This document shows positions 1 through 12,417 of a DNA stretch of 64,000 nucleotides, piece after piece. Position 1 is the stretch's first letter. Every line of letters starts with the position of its first letter. The stretch covers positions 44,206,001 to 44,270,000 of the forward strand of contig NC_043014.1 in assembly GCF_006345805.1 (NCBI RefSeq), given 5' to 3'. This stretch comes from Octopus sinensis (Eukaryota). The translations under genes were made by a program, and so were the position numbers. The notes under the pieces were generated by a model. It did not search any database. It saw only the letters and a list, made by a program, of their open reading frames with translations, and had not been told where the DNA came from.

Positions 1-114
1 CAGGAAGAAGTTTTTCTTCAAAAACAGTTGTCCAAACATACAAAACACTAATGGCTATCACCTAGATGTCCTCCAATCACAATACAAGGAAGTTAATAGG
101 TAAAGTGGTGTGGC

Positions 115-300
115 ATAAAGGCACAGGTGTGGTTGTGTGATAAGAAGTTTCGCTTCCCAACCACATGGTTCTGGGTTCAACCCCAATACATGGCACTTTC
201 GACAAGTGTCTTCTACCATATCTTCAGGCCAACCAAAGCCTTGTGAGTGGATTCAGAAGATGGAAACTGGAAGAAATCCATTGTGTGTGTGTGTATGTAT
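115..300 (+). mobile_element. SINE family A, 5' half (diverged)
   Basis: Matches the head of intact family A copies (AACCACATGGTTCTGGGTTCA...CAAGTGTCTTCTAC...CCAAAGCCTTGTGAGTGGATT) and runs into a microsatellite. Confidence 0.75.
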
Positions 301-534
301 GTGTGTGCATATATATATATATATTATATATGTATTTGTATATATATATATATATATATATGCATAAATATGTGTATATATGTAAGTGGAGAGGCATGCA
401 CATACACACACACACACACACACAAACATATAGATATATATATATATATATACATACATATATATATAGATATATATATATACATACATACATACATACA
501 TATATATATATATATTATATATATATACACATAC

Positions 535-586
<52 letters not shown>

Positions 587-638
587 CATACATATTATAT
601 ATATATATACACATACATACATATATATATATATATAT

Positions 639-670
<32 letters not shown>

Positions 671-725
671 ATACATATATATAGATACATATAAATACGT
701 GTGTGTGTGTGTGTGAGTGTGTGTG
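301..725. repeat. compound (TA)n/(TACA)n/(CA)n/(TG)n microsatellite
   Basis: Direct inspection. Confidence 0.95.
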
Positions 726-1073
726 CATTTGTCTTTGATCCTCTGAATCCTAGGAAGCAAGACAGTAATGTCCACAGGTTGATGATGATGATGATGAATC
801 TTGACCAACCACACTTATCATGAAAAGCACTCCAGCCATGACCATCATGCTTTTTTTTAAGGATTTCTAAGACTACATTTGCAATGTATTCCCTTCGTTC
901 TTTAAGAAAGCAGTGTGCGATTTGAGGGTGTTTTGCCTGCTATTCTAGCAGGACAAGCGACCATGTAGAAACTTCCTTATTGACATTTTAGTATTATTCC
1001 AGTTTGTGAATGATTCTTTTTATGTATATGAATGATGACCACATTGTAGGTATGTGTTTGTGTATGTGTATAC

Positions 1074-1493
1074 ATAGGCGCAGGAGTGGCTGAGTGGTAA
1101 GTAGCTTGCTAACCAACCTAATGGTTCCGGGTTCAGTCCCTCTGCATGGCACCTTGGGCAAGTGTCTTCTACAATAGCCTCGGGACGACCAAAGCCTTGT
1201 GAGTGGATTTGGTAGACGGAAACTGAAAGAAGCCTGTCGTATATATGTATATATATATATATATATGTGTGTGTATATGTTTGTGTGTGTTTGTGTTTGT
1301 CCCCCTAGCATTGCTTGACAACCGATGCTGGTGTGTTTATGTCCCCGTTACTTAGCGGTTTGGCAAAAGAGACCGATAGAATAAGTACTGGGCTTACAAA
1401 AGAATAAGTCCCGGGGTCAAGTTGCTCGATTAAAGGCGGTGCTCCAGCATGGCCGCAGTCAAATGACTGAAACAAGTAAAAGAGTAAAAGAGT
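1074..1493 (+). mobile_element. SINE family A (tRNA-like head, central (TA)n(TG)n, AAAAGAGT tail); octopus-type SINE
   Basis: Near-identical to many other copies in the window; box A/B-like head (GGCTGAGTGGTAAG ... GGTTCAGTCCC); 3' tail GTAAAAGAGTAAAAGAG. Confidence 0.85.
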
Positions 1494-1503
1494 ATATGTG
1501 TTT

Positions 1504-1543
<40 letters not shown>

Positions 1544-1576
1544 ATGTGTGTGTTCTATTACTTTCCTTTCAATGGT

Positions 1577-2246
1577 TCAAGCCTTTTCGCAGATAGCCTT
1601 GTGACCGTTCTTCCATGACAATTTTTGACACTTCGTCGAACAATACCAGGCCTTTTTGCATCGACTGCAAACGGCAAACTTTTTACCTTCCGGTGCTTTC
1701 TTTTGACAATTGGTGCAAACATCCGAGTCGGTCCCTTCGAACTCGCAGCGCCGACATTGACACCAGAAATGAAAAGACCGGTAGAGCCAAGCACGGCGTA
1801 ACTTCTGTTGCATCGCCGTGTCTATGTAGGTGATGTGGATCTCCTCTCCCTTGCTAATGGGCCTCCGAGCCATCACCCAGATCCCTGGCCGACCAAGAAC
1901 CTCCCCGTCTAATATATCAGCGTTGTTATCACAAGAGTGGTTTGTGCATGCATGTAGTGGGAAGAGACTGGCCAGAGATGCATGTGGTGGTTTTTTCTCG
2001 AGCATCTTTATCATGGCTACGACAGTCAAGTCCATTTCGGCCTCTTGGAGATTGGCAAGGAATTTGTGGTAAGGCGTCGTGTACGAGCCGAACGCTTGCA
2101 GATTACATGTGGATTGGTTGTACCGACCGTCGAAATCTGCCTTGGTTATTTCGTATGGGATTTTGTAGGACCTGAAGACGTCTTTAATCAAATCATAAAA
2201 CAGCGGATTCTTCTGGACGGCTTTCGATGATCCGAAAGCCACAAAC
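1577..2246 (-). CDS. TPR-SET/MYND-MYND (SMYD-family) methyltransferase, last coding exon: SET C-terminal half, post-SET and second MYND zinc finger
   Basis: Acceptor ttttgttccctag|G at 2246, in phase with the upstream exon; motifs NHSCDNNA, EEIHITYID, FWCQCRRC, then CTNC..CSRCKKAWYCSTKCQKLSWKNGHKAIC and TGA stop at 1577. Confidence 0.93.
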
Positions 2247-2293
2247 CTAGGGAACAAAAGGGAAAATAAAATTTTAGGCAAAGTGGTAAGATT

Positions 2294-2294
2294 A

Positions 2295-2327
<33 letters not shown>

Positions 2328-2436
2328 CAGAGAGAGAGTGGAGAGAGAGAAGAGAAAGAAAGAGAGGAGAGAGTGGAAAGAGAGAGAGAGAGAGAAAGAA
2401 AGGGAGAGGTAGAGTAGAAAATAGAGTAAAATTAGC

Positions 2437-2479
<43 letters not shown>

Positions 2480-2630
2480 GTATGTATAAATATATATGTA
2501 TATGTATGTATAAATATATATGTATATGTATGTATATGTATATGTATGTATATATGTATATGTATATGTATATATATATGTATATGTATGTGTATATATT
2601 ATGTATATATGTATATTTATATCTATGTAT

Positions 2631-2674
<44 letters not shown>

Positions 2675-2690
2675 TATATATATATACAAA
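2294..2690. repeat. (TG)n/(GA)n/(TA)n/(TATG)n microsatellites (intronic)
   Basis: Direct inspection. Confidence 0.95.
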
Positions 2691-3049
2691 ATTTAAAGGA
2701 CTGACCACTAAAAGTGGATGGTCAACATGCTAGATATAGACGTCAAATCGCTATTTTCCACAAAGAATATGTTCTCAAATAAAAAACTCAGTACAAATAT
2801 ATATATATAATATATATATATATATATAATATATATATATATATAAATGTATATTGATAGGAATGGTAAGACAACAAAAGAATGAAAGAGACCTCGATAT
2901 TATGTAAATAGAAGAATTTTTTCTGTAAAATTAATATGTGACAATTATTCAGTATCCATGGTAAAATTCCAAGTTTCGGATGTCGGAGCAGAAACCCACG
3001 CTACCATCTCTTCAGTTATATGGCCATCGAAAAAATATATACATATATA

Positions 3050-3222
3050 TACATACATCATCATCATCATCATCGTTTAACATCCTAGCATGGGTTGGAC
3101 GGTTCGACTGGGGTCTGGGAAGCCAGGAGGCTGCACCAGGCTCCAGTCTGATCTCGCAGTTTCTACAGCTGGATGCCCTTCCTAACGCCAACCACTCCAT
3201 GAGTGTAGTGGGTGCTTTTTAC
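3050..3222 (-). mobile_element. RTE-related non-autonomous retroposon 3' end (family C, (GAT)n tail)
   Basis: Reverse strand reads GTTGGCGTTAGGAAGGGCATCCAGCTGTAGAAAC...GTTAAACGATGATGATG, shared with copies at 4545, 7085, 9790 and 15885. Confidence 0.7.
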
Positions 3223-3500
3223 ATATATACAACTAATGTAGGATAAAATTTTTTTTTTCAAAAAAAATTTTATCAATGGCCAGCATATCAAAAAATACAT
3301 TTAAAGGTTAAATTTAAATATACCTTATAAAATAAGGGCAAAAGAAAAATTCTAATGCCACATATGCCAAAAAAAGACAATATTGTCAATAACCATTATA
3401 ATTAATGCGTCTCGAAACAAGCTGATAGAAATTTCTAAATTTTGTCTTTTTTTCGGCATATTTGGCATTAGAATTTTTCTTTTGCCCTTATTTTATAAGT

Positions 3501-3531
<31 letters not shown>

Positions 3532-3654
3532 ATGTATGTATATGTGTGCATGTATATGAATGTATATGCGAGTGTGTGCTTACATGTATGTGCATGTGTG
3601 TGCATGTATGTTTTTTCCAAACTTGGAAATACACAGAACCACCAACATATTTAC

Positions 3655-3864
3655 CTTCTGTAAGGGGCCTTAGATATAGACCAATGTAAGAGCGAGGGTT
3701 CAGTGAGGCCTTCCTCCTCCATCAGTTTCTGGGCATAGCTGATCATCGAAGCATACATCCGTGGAATAATCATGGGGCTGAAATGGCCACCCCAGTACTC
3801 CTCTCGCATCCTTGTTTCCGGGTTAACTGCCAAGCCGTCACCATCTCGAACATCATACAACAGA
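3655..3864 (-). CDS. SMYD-family gene, coding exon 3 (SET insert region)
   Basis: Acceptor ttctttgcttgcag|T at 3864, donor AGAAG|gtaaat at 3655; 210 nt, phase 2 to phase 2; open frame LLYDVRDGDGLAVNPETRMREEYWGGHFSPMIIPRMYASMISYAQKLMEEEGLTEPSLLHWSISKAPYR joins both neighbours in frame. Confidence 0.88.
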
Positions 3865-4129
3865 CTGCAAGCAAAGAAATGGAAAAGAAGACATATATAT
3901 ATATGTGTATATATATATATATATATCACACACTGCTTTCTTAAAGAACGAATGGAATACATTGCAAATGTAGCCTTAGAAATCCTTAAAAAAAGCAGGA
4001 TGGTCATGGCTGGAGTGCTTTTCATGATAAGTATGGTTGATGAAAAGCACTCCAGCCATGACCATCCTGCTTTTTTGGGGTCAAGACCCCCAATTTTAGG
4101 GGCCCTGAGCAAGATGATTACATTGATCC

Positions 4130-4400
4130 CAGTACTTGACTGGTACTTTATTTTATCTATTTCTTTACTACCCACAAGGGGCTAAACACAAAGAGGACAA
4201 ACAAGAACAGACAAATGGATTAAGTCGATTATATCGACCCCTCCAGTGCGTAACTGGTACTTTATTTTATCGACCCTGAAAGATGAAAAGCAAAGTAGAC
4301 TTCAGTAGGTTTTGAACCCAGAATGATGTAAAGCCAGAAGAAATGCCACTAAGCAATTTGTCAAGTGTGCTAACAATTCTGCCATTTCACCACCTTAGTG
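4130..4400 (-). mobile_element. SINE family B (diverged)
   Basis: CCCACAAGGGGCTAAACAC...ATTAAGTCGATT..ATCGACCC...GAATTTGAACTCAG-like blocks shared with more than 10 copies. Confidence 0.75.
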
Positions 4401-4544
4401 TAAGTATATATTGGTTTCAAATTTTAGTACAAGGCCAGCAATTTCAGAGGTGGGAGTAAATCTATTACATCGAGCTAAGTCGGAAGAAATGCTGTCAAGC
4501 AGTTCATCCAGTGCAGTAATGATTCAGCCAGTTTATTGCCTTAG

Positions 4545-4945
4545 TCGTCGTCGTCGTCGTCGTCGTCGTCATCATCATCATCATCACCGTTTAACGTCTG
4601 CTTTCCATGCTAGCATGGGTTGGACAATTTGACTGAGGACTGGCAAACCAGATGGCTGCGCCAGGCTCCAATCTGATCTGGCAGAGTTTCTACAACTGGA
4701 TGCCCTTCCTAATGCCAACCACTCCGAGAGTGTAGTGGGTGCTCTTACGTGCCACTGGCATGGGTGCCAGTCAGGTGGTACTGGCAATGGCCACGCTCAA
4801 ATGGTGTTTTTTACGTGCCACCTGCAGAGGAACAAGTCCAGCGGCACTGGCAATGACCTCGCTCGAATGTTTTTTTCACGTGCCACCAGCACAAGTGCCA
4901 GTAAGGTGACGCTGGTAATGATCATGCTCGAATGGTGCCTTTGAG
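4545..4945 (-). mobile_element. RTE-related retroposon 3' end (family C)
   Basis: (CGT)n(CAT)n tail plus GGATGCCCTTCCTAATGCCAACCACTCC and GTGCCAC/TGGCAC internal repeats. Confidence 0.7.
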
Positions 4946-5303
4946 TGTTGCCTTAAGTAAATATGAGTTTGAAATTCTGAGACAAGGCTAGCAATTTCAG
5001 GGGTGTGGGGCCAGTCAATTACATCAACCCCAGTGCGTAACTGGTACCTAATTTATTGACCCCGAAAGGATGAAAGGCAAAGCTGACCTCAGCATAATTT
5101 GAATTCAGAATGTAAAGACAGATGAAATATCACTAAACATTTTACCTGGCTTGTTAATCAATTCTCCCAGCTTTCTGATTTAGTGTAAATAAATACTACG
5201 TGTAAAAGGGTTATAGAATGGAGTAAATGAGTATTCTGTGATAAATGGGAGAGAACTCATGGAATACTTTATAATGGTTCACTTTATAAACAGTCCACTT
5301 TAA

Positions 5304-5881
5304 CCCTTTAGTGGGCGCCGTGGTGATCTCATTCTTGCTCACAACATCATAAGCGGAAAGTGTAACCTCTCGAAAGAGCTGTCCTTCACTCCTGCTCCAG
5401 AGCGTCGGCTGCGGGGTCACTCTGAAAAGCTCTATCTGCGACGATTTCATCTCAATCGAAGGAGAGGGGCTTTCTCCGTCCGGGTTGCGAATCCGTGGAA
5501 TAAGCTGTCGGACGAGATAGTGAAGATGCAGATGACCGCTCGGTTCAAAGTCTCCTTTGACCACAAATGGCCTGAACTCTTTACATGAACACCACCCTGT
5601 ACATAACTCCATGTCCCCCTACATGGCCTTGCTTTTTGCTTTTTGAGCCAAAAAATTAACTAACTAACTAACTAACATTATTCTGCCAAAATTGATGCTT
5701 TTTCATCTACATTGTTTTGAACTAATCATGTATTATCTTGTAGCTATGAGATTTCGATGAGGTAGCTGTTAATTTTTAAAACGATATTGTAGGGTTGGTG
5801 TGAGAGACCAGATCTGGCCAGTTTGAACATAAAATAGGCAGAATACTTTTGGCCGGGTATGGCCAGTTTAAATGTTAAAGG
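5304..5881. mobile_element. piggyBac-like MITE interrupted by a CR1-type LINE fragment
   Basis: TTAA|CCCTTTAG ... TAAAGGG|TTAA ends; body 5677-5881 matches the intact copy at 13243-13461. Confidence 0.75.
5312..5676 (+). mobile_element. CR1/L2-superclade LINE, 5'-truncated 3' end
   Basis: Encodes RRGDLILAHNIISGKCNLSKE...FSVRVANPWNKL (typical CR1 ORF2 C-terminus), then 3'UTR and (AACT)n tail; highly similar to 14968-15535. Confidence 0.85.
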
Positions 5882-6204
5882 GTTAATATAAAGAGTTATA
5901 CCACAATATAAATTCAGTTTATTTTGTGGACAGCAAATGTAACTTAGTGGTTCTTGTTTTCTTTCTCAGATAATGAATTTGCTTAAGGAAGACAGGCAGG
6001 GCTCATTATCCATTTCAAGTCTTCTGAGTATGGTGAAAGTGAAAGTTACCACAGACCGGAAACTCAATTTTGGGGCCATATTTCAGTCTTCATTCCTAGT
6101 ATCCCTTAAATATAGGTAAGGTCTACCAATATAAATAACATAAATAGCCTGACATATGATATTAGAGATACAACCACACAGACTCGTAATTCAGATAAAC
6201 ATAC

Positions 6205-6496
6205 AGGGTGCAGTGTATAAACTGTCATCTAAATTATGCAAAAATGAAAATAACACTGACATCTCATTTTAACAGATATACTCTTTTACTCTTTTACTTG
6301 TTTCAGTCATTTGACTGTGGCAATGCTGGAGCACCGCCTTTAATCGAGCAACTCGACCCCGGGACTTATTCTTTGTAAGCCCAGTACTTATTCTATCGGT
6401 CTCTTTTGCCGAACCACTAAGTTACGGGGACATAAACACACCAGTATCGGTTGTCAAGCAATGCTAAGGGGACAAACACAGACATATACACATTAC

Positions 6497-6565
<69 letters not shown>

Positions 6566-6965
6566 ATATATGATGATGATATATATATACGATGGGCTTC
6601 TTTCAGTTTCCGTCTACCAAATCCACTCACAAGGCTTTGGTCGACCCGAGGCTATAGTAGAAGACACTTGCCCAAGGTGCCACGCAGTGGGACTGAACCT
6701 GAAACCATGTGGTTGGTAAACAAGCTACTTACCACACAGCCACTCCTACGCCTACATTTACCAAAATTACATAAAAATGTCTTGAAATATTAAAGAATAG
6801 ATTTATTCAATAAAATCGCCATTGGTTTCAATCACGGCCTGCAACTCTTCTGGATGGTCTCCTTGCTTAAGTTGGTGAATGCTGCCATAATCCTTGCCTT
6901 CAAATCATTTATGCAAGTCGTTTGGCAAAAGTTGAATGCTCATACACCATTTTCAATGGGAGAGT
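6205..6965 (-). mobile_element. Tc1/mariner transposon 3' remnant interrupted by SINE A
   Basis: Minus strand 6965-6800 gives PIEN..(*)..NDLKARIMAAFTNLSKETIQKSC..., like the C-terminus of Tc1/mariner transposases, with stops; terminal TA-CAGGGTG at about 6203-6211. Confidence 0.6.
6281..6753 (-). mobile_element. SINE family A, full length
   Basis: Reverse complement of the 1074-1493 type. Confidence 0.85.
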
Positions 6966-6970
6966 CCATC

Positions 6971-7013
<43 letters not shown>

Positions 7014-7084
7014 CAAGTGATATATTACTGGTTTAATATATATATATAATCGATCAACATCAATGGAAATTGCAGCTGTGATAC

Positions 7085-7392
7085 CAGTGCCGGTGGTACG
7101 TAAGAGAACCATCCGAACGTGGCCGTTGCCAGCACTACCCCGACTGGCCTCGTGCCAGTGGCACGTATAAAGCACCATCTGATCGTGGCCATTGCCAGCC
7201 TCGCCTGGCCCCCGTGCCAGTGGCACGTAAAAAGCACCATCCGATCGTGGCCGTTTGCCAGCCTCGTCTGGCACCTGTGCCGGTGGCACGTAAAAAGCAC
7301 TACACTCACGGAGTGGTTGGTGTTAGGAAGGGCATCCAGCCGTAGAAACATTGCCAGATCAGACTGGGCCTGGCGCTAAACGATGATGATGA
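7085..7392 (+). mobile_element. RTE-related retroposon 3' end (family C)
   Basis: Internal GTGGCACGTAAAAAGCACC repeats, GTTAGGAAGGGCATCCAGC, tail TAAACGATGATGATGAT. Confidence 0.7.
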
Positions 7393-7483
7393 TATATATG
7401 TATGTATGCATGTGTATATATATATATATAGATATATATATATGATATGTATATATATTAACAAGTGAGATATTACTGGTTTA

Positions 7484-7531
<48 letters not shown>

Positions 7532-7780
7532 GCAGAAAGCTTAGTGGCATTTCAGCCATCTTTACGTTCTGAGTTCAAATACCACTGAGGTTTGACTTTG
7601 CCTTTCAACCTCACAGGGTTGGTAAAATAAGTACCAGCTGAGTTCTGAGCTCGATGTAATTGACTTACCCCCCCCCCCCCCAAATTACAGGCCTTGTGCC
7701 AAAATCTGAAACCAACATTTTCTCGTTTGTGATAATTAGATGAATTGCAGTGGAGTATATCATGTAATTTTTTTTATAAT

Positions 7781-8250
7781 TTTAATTTGAATTTTATAAT
7801 TTGAATTTGAATTTTATAATTTTTATTTTAATTTTATAATTTTAATATGAATCTTATAATTTTAATTTGAGTTTTATAATTTTAATTTGAATCTTATAAT
7901 TTTAATTTTAATTTTATAATTTTAATTTGAATCTTATAATTTTAATTTTAATTTTATAATTTTAATTTGAATCTTATAATTTTAATTTTAATTTTATAAT
8001 TTTAATTTGAATCTTATAATTTTAATTTTAATTTTATAATTTTAATTTGAATCTTATAATTTTAATTTTAATTTTATAATTTTAATTTGAATCTTATAAT
8101 TTTAATTTTAATTTTATAATTTGAATTTGAATTTTATAATTTTAATTTGAATTTTATAATTTTAATTTGAATTTTGTAATTTTAATTTGAATTTTATAAT
8201 TTTAATTTGAATCTTATAATTTGAATTTGAATTTTATAAATTTTAATTTG
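7781..8250. repeat. AT-rich 20-bp minisatellite (TTTAATTTGAATTTTATAAT)n, about 23 units, partly in alternating 40-bp dimers
   Basis: Direct inspection. Confidence 0.95.
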
Positions 8251-8385
8251 AATTTTCTCTTCTCAAAAGCAGCCGTTTTGATTTTCGTTGAACCTCTTTA
8301 CACACACACACATACACACACACATTACCACTATCATCATCATCACCACCACCACCACCACCATCACATTAAGAAGGTTACTCAC

Positions 8386-8899
8386 TTGGCCGCTGGATTG
8401 TTCTTAGGGCATAACACTCGGTGGTAACCTTCAATTGCTTCTGTTCGACAAGCTTTGCTGCAGTAGTTCTCACGGTAGCAGTCCTCGCAAGCCACCGAGA
8501 ACCTCTTCGGCCAGTAGGACTCAATCAACTCTTTTAATTCCTCTTTCATCGTGTTGAGTTTATCACCAAAGTAATGCTCAGGCTCCATCAGCGAATAGCC
8601 ACAGTTATCACACGTAGGAGAAGTTTTGTGGGTATCTGTGGTTTGCCCGATGACCAATGGACAGTCCTTGAAGATGACGCCATTCGCTTCGATGTCTCTC
8701 GTAGCTACAACAGCTTTTCCGTAGCGGGAAAAGACTACTTCTACTGGGTAGTCTAGACAAAGTGGGGAGTAGAGACGTTTGACACGAATTTGCTGGAAAG
8801 CAATCTTGCACTCTTCGTCAGCGTTGTTAGAAAACTGTGTGGCCTTACGAATCCAGAATTCGGCCAGAACCGGCAGATCTAAATCTTTTAGAATCAGTC
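8386..8899 (-). CDS. SMYD-family gene, coding exon 2 (end of TPR region, SET N-terminal half, split MYND finger)
   Basis: Acceptor tttcctattacag|GA at 8899, donor GCCAA|gtgagt at 8386; YGKAVVATRDI (SET-N), CDNC...CEDC..YCSKAC...YHRVLC (SMYD5-like MYND with insert); phase 1 to phase 2. Confidence 0.92.
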
Positions 8900-8929
8900 C
8901 TGTAATAGGAAAGGTTGATAGAGAGATAT

Positions 8930-9123
8930 TAACAGACAGACAGATCGGTAGCTGAATAGAGAGAGAGAGAGAGAGATCAATAGGTAGGTAGGTGGGTGGG
9001 TGGGTTGGTGGGTAAGTAGATAGGTATGTGGGAAGGTAGGTAGGTAGGTAGGTAGGTAGGTAGGTTGGTAGGTATGTATGTAGGTAGACTGGTAGATCAA
9101 TAGGTAAGTAGGTAGGTATGTAG

Positions 9124-9155
<32 letters not shown>

Positions 9156-9223
9156 AGAGAGAGGGAGGTAAATAGAAAGACAGATAGATAGACTGACAGA
9201 CAGGCGGACAGACAGACACACAG

Positions 9224-9259
<36 letters not shown>

Positions 9260-9326
9260 TGACACACACACACACACACACACAAAGTGATATAGATAGA
9301 TGGATGGATGGATGGATGGATGTATG

Positions 9327-9361
<35 letters not shown>

Positions 9362-9420
9362 GGATGGATGGATGGATAGATAGATAGAAGACAGAGACAG
9401 ACAGACAGAGTAGGGAAAGA
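8930..9420. repeat. (TAGG)n/(TAGA)n/(CAGA)n/(TGGA)n tetranucleotide microsatellites
   Basis: Direct inspection. Confidence 0.95.
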
Positions 9421-9789
9421 AGTTTGATACTTGATGTTTTATGTAATTTCTTTTCATTGAAAAGATAGTTTAACCCACACCTCCACCATATGCACATACA
9501 ATCTAATGTGAGACCAGGCTACATGGTAATTAGATATGCTAGAAATAATAGCCAAATCTCCCTTCCACCAAAACATAATACACCATAATATCAAACAAGG
9601 AAAAAGCTCACAAGTAGTTTGCATTGTAAGATTTGTGATACTCCAATGACAGAGAATAAGGTTTTGAATGTTTAATGTCAACTTTGTGAAGGTGAGTTGA
9701 GAAAGTACTGATTCATTGACCGATGTAGACATGATATGCATAAACATCTCAACTCTCTCCTAATTTAAGGTTAAGATGAAAAAAAAAAA

Positions 9790-10353
9790 TCGAACCAAAT
9801 TCGACGACTGGCACCCATGCCAACCTCCCTTCATTGGACACTAAACTCTGCTTGTGAAGACCTGTTGGAGCAAGTGAAATCGAAATCGAAATTGAACCAA
9901 ATTCGATGAATGGCACCCATGCCAGTGGAGCGCTAACAGCTCCATCTGAGTGGGATCACTGCCAGAGCGGCTGTCTGGCTTCCATGCCGGTGGCACATTG
10001 TAAAAAGCACCATTTGAGCGTGATCGTTACCAGCGTCGTCTTACTGGCACTTGTGCCAGTGGCATGTGAAAAAACATTCAAGCGAGGTACCACTGGACTG
10101 ACTCCTGTGCAGGTGGCACGTAAAAAACACCATTTCGAGCATGGCAATTGCCAGTACCACCAGACTGGCCCTCGTGCCGGTGGTACGTAAAAAGCACCCA
10201 CTACACTCACGGAGTGGTTGGCGTTAGGAAGGGCATCCAGCTGTAGAAACTCTGCCAGATCAAGATTGGAGCCTGGTGCAGCCATCTGGTTCGCCAGTCC
10301 TCAGTCCAATCGTCCAACCCATGCTAGCATGGAAAGCGGATGTTAAATAATGA

Positions 10354-10380
<27 letters not shown>
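9790..10380 (+). mobile_element. RTE-related retroposon 3' end (family C, longer copy)
   Basis: Same 3' module and (GAT)n tail as the other family C copies. Confidence 0.7.
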
Positions 10381-10387
<7 letters not shown>

Positions 10388-10439
10388 TAGCTAAACACAG
10401 AAGGGACAAAATACAATAGTAGAGCTTTTCTTTTTGGGA

Positions 10440-10755
10440 AGGAGAGAAGGGGAAAAGGGGTGGGGGCGAATTCCGATCAGAAGGGATCGGAAAAAAAGGG
10501 GTGGGGAATTCCGATCAAAAGGGATCATGAAAAAAAGGGGTGGGGAATTCCAATCAAAAGGGATCGTGAAAAAAGGTGGGGGAAAATCCAATCAAAAGGG
10601 ATTGGTAAAAAAAGGGGTGGGGAATTCCAATCAAAAGGGATCGTGAAAAAAGGTGGGGGCAAATTCCAATCAAAAGGGATTGGTAAAAAAAGGGGTGGGG
10701 GAATTCTGATCAAAAGGGATCGTGAAAAAAAAGTGGGGCCGATCAATAGGGATCG
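10440..10755. repeat. G-rich 39-40-bp minisatellite (AAAAGGGGTGGGGAATTCCAATCAAAAGGGATCGTG)n, about 8 units
   Basis: Direct inspection. Confidence 0.9.
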
Positions 10756-11211
10756 TGTATCACAGAAATGTCAATGTAAAAAGGGAAAACAGATTAGGTT
10801 TGTCTGTGGATAGAAAAGCCTACGGAAAAGACCACAGGAACTTCAGCAAACTAAATGCAATGTAGCTTGATGCTTATGTTGAACACAACATGACCTGAAC
10901 AAAATGGTGCCTAATGAAATATGTAACACTGGTCCAGAACAGAACAAAGCATAAATTAACCCTTTAGCATTGAAACTGACCATATCTGACCCAAACATTC
11001 TACATATTTCATGTTGAAACTGGCCATATCCAGCCTCTCACACCTACCTTACAATGTAAACAGTCACATTTTCAAAATTTTGAAATAAGCATTACATTTG
11101 ATAAATTAATCCAAATGCTAAAATGTTAAACTACAGTATCTAAGATTAGTAAGAGATTATTGTCTTATGGCAGTGGTTCTTAACTTTTATTTTTCTTGTA
11201 GTCCCATCCCA

Positions 11212-11516
11212 TAGTAGAGATTCCTTCTCGAGCCATGCCTGGCTCCAAAGGGCCGGTTTCCCAGTTTCTTGGTGTATAGGTTCCCCACCTGGACGGGACG
11301 CCGGTCCGTCGCAGGTGAGCTGCAAGATGCAGGAGGAAAGAGTGAGAGAAAGTTGTGGCGAAAAGTCAGCAGAAGTTTCGCCATTACCTTCTGCTGGAGC
11401 CGCGTGGAGCTTAGGTTTTTTACTCATAAGCACACACATCGCCCGGTCTGAGATTCGAACCTGCAATCCCTCGACAGTGAGTCTGCTGCTCTAACCACTA
11501 GGCCATGTGCCTCCAC
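11212..11516 (-). mobile_element. tRNA-derived SINE family F (octopus OR-like; exact family not verified)
   Basis: Head GGCCTAGTGGTTAGAGCAGC...GGTTCGAATCTC (box A/B); 12-bp TSD AGTCCCATCCCA at 11200-11211 and 11517-11528. Confidence 0.85.
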
Positions 11517-11834
11517 AGTCCCATCCCATCACTTTTAAGCAATTGGTATGCCTAGTGCCCACCTAAGTGGCAACTGAGGTATCACAACTAAACTAACTTA
11601 AACTAGATGATAATTTATAAATTTTACTCTAAAAATGGATTGCATAAGTTTTTAACAGTGAAATGACAAAAAAAAAAATTAATAAAGGCAAAACTTGTAA
11701 ATTTACTTTATAAATTAATTACCAGTTAATGACTTCCCTGTGCTTGGTGAGCTCTCATTTCATTTCAATGACCATAACTAGTTTTAACATGTATAATATG
11801 ATCATGACTATAGGTAAAATTAACGCTGGAGTCG

Positions 11835-11992
11835 CCGTGTGGTAAGTAGCTTGCTTACCAACCACATGGTTCTGGGTTCAGTCCCACTGTGTAGCACCTT
11901 GGGCAAGTGTCTTCTACTATAGCCTCGGGTCAACCAAAACCTTGTGAGTGGATTTGGTAGACAGAAACTGAAAGAAGCCCGTCGTATATATG

Positions 11993-12042
<50 letters not shown>

Positions 12043-12417
12043 ATATATGGCCTGCTTGCGGGGTGGCGTCATTTGAAGGCTAAAACAATGCGAAGCGCAT
12101 TGTGACCAGCGATGTGTAGCAACATCTGATAGCCTGGTCGGTCACGGTGATCACGGTGATATATATATATATGTATGTATGTGTGTGTGTATGTTTGTGT
12201 GTCTGTTTGTCCCCCCAACATTGCTCGACAACCAATGCTGGTGTGTTTACGTCCCCGTAATTTAGCGGTTCGGCAAAAGAGAAACCGATCAAATAAGTAC
12301 TAGGCTTACAAAGAATAAGTCCTGGGGTCGATTTGCGCGACTAAAGGCGGTGCTCCAGCATGGCCACAGTCAAATGACTGAAGCAAGTAAAAGAGTAAAA
12401 AGAGAGTAAAGAGAGTC
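11835..12417 (+). mobile_element. SINE family A with a ~110-bp unclassified repeat inserted in its central microsatellite (12050-12160)
   Basis: Family A head and tail; the insert GGCGTCATTTGAAGGCTAAAACAATGCGAAGCGCATTGTGACCAGCG recurs at 37305-37445. Confidence 0.8.

Noticed and set aside
2965-3020. Additional hammerhead (CTGAAGA-GATG..CATC-CGAAAC, minus strand)
   Set aside because: No NUH cleavage triplet or helix I partner after GAAAC; at best a dead remnant
8900-9497. N-terminal part of the 371-aa ORF 8382-9497, and the Met starts of ORFs 1577-2281 and 3651-4175
   Set aside because: Intronic microsatellite or flank read in frame; the true exon starts are the AG acceptors at 8899, 2246 and 3864
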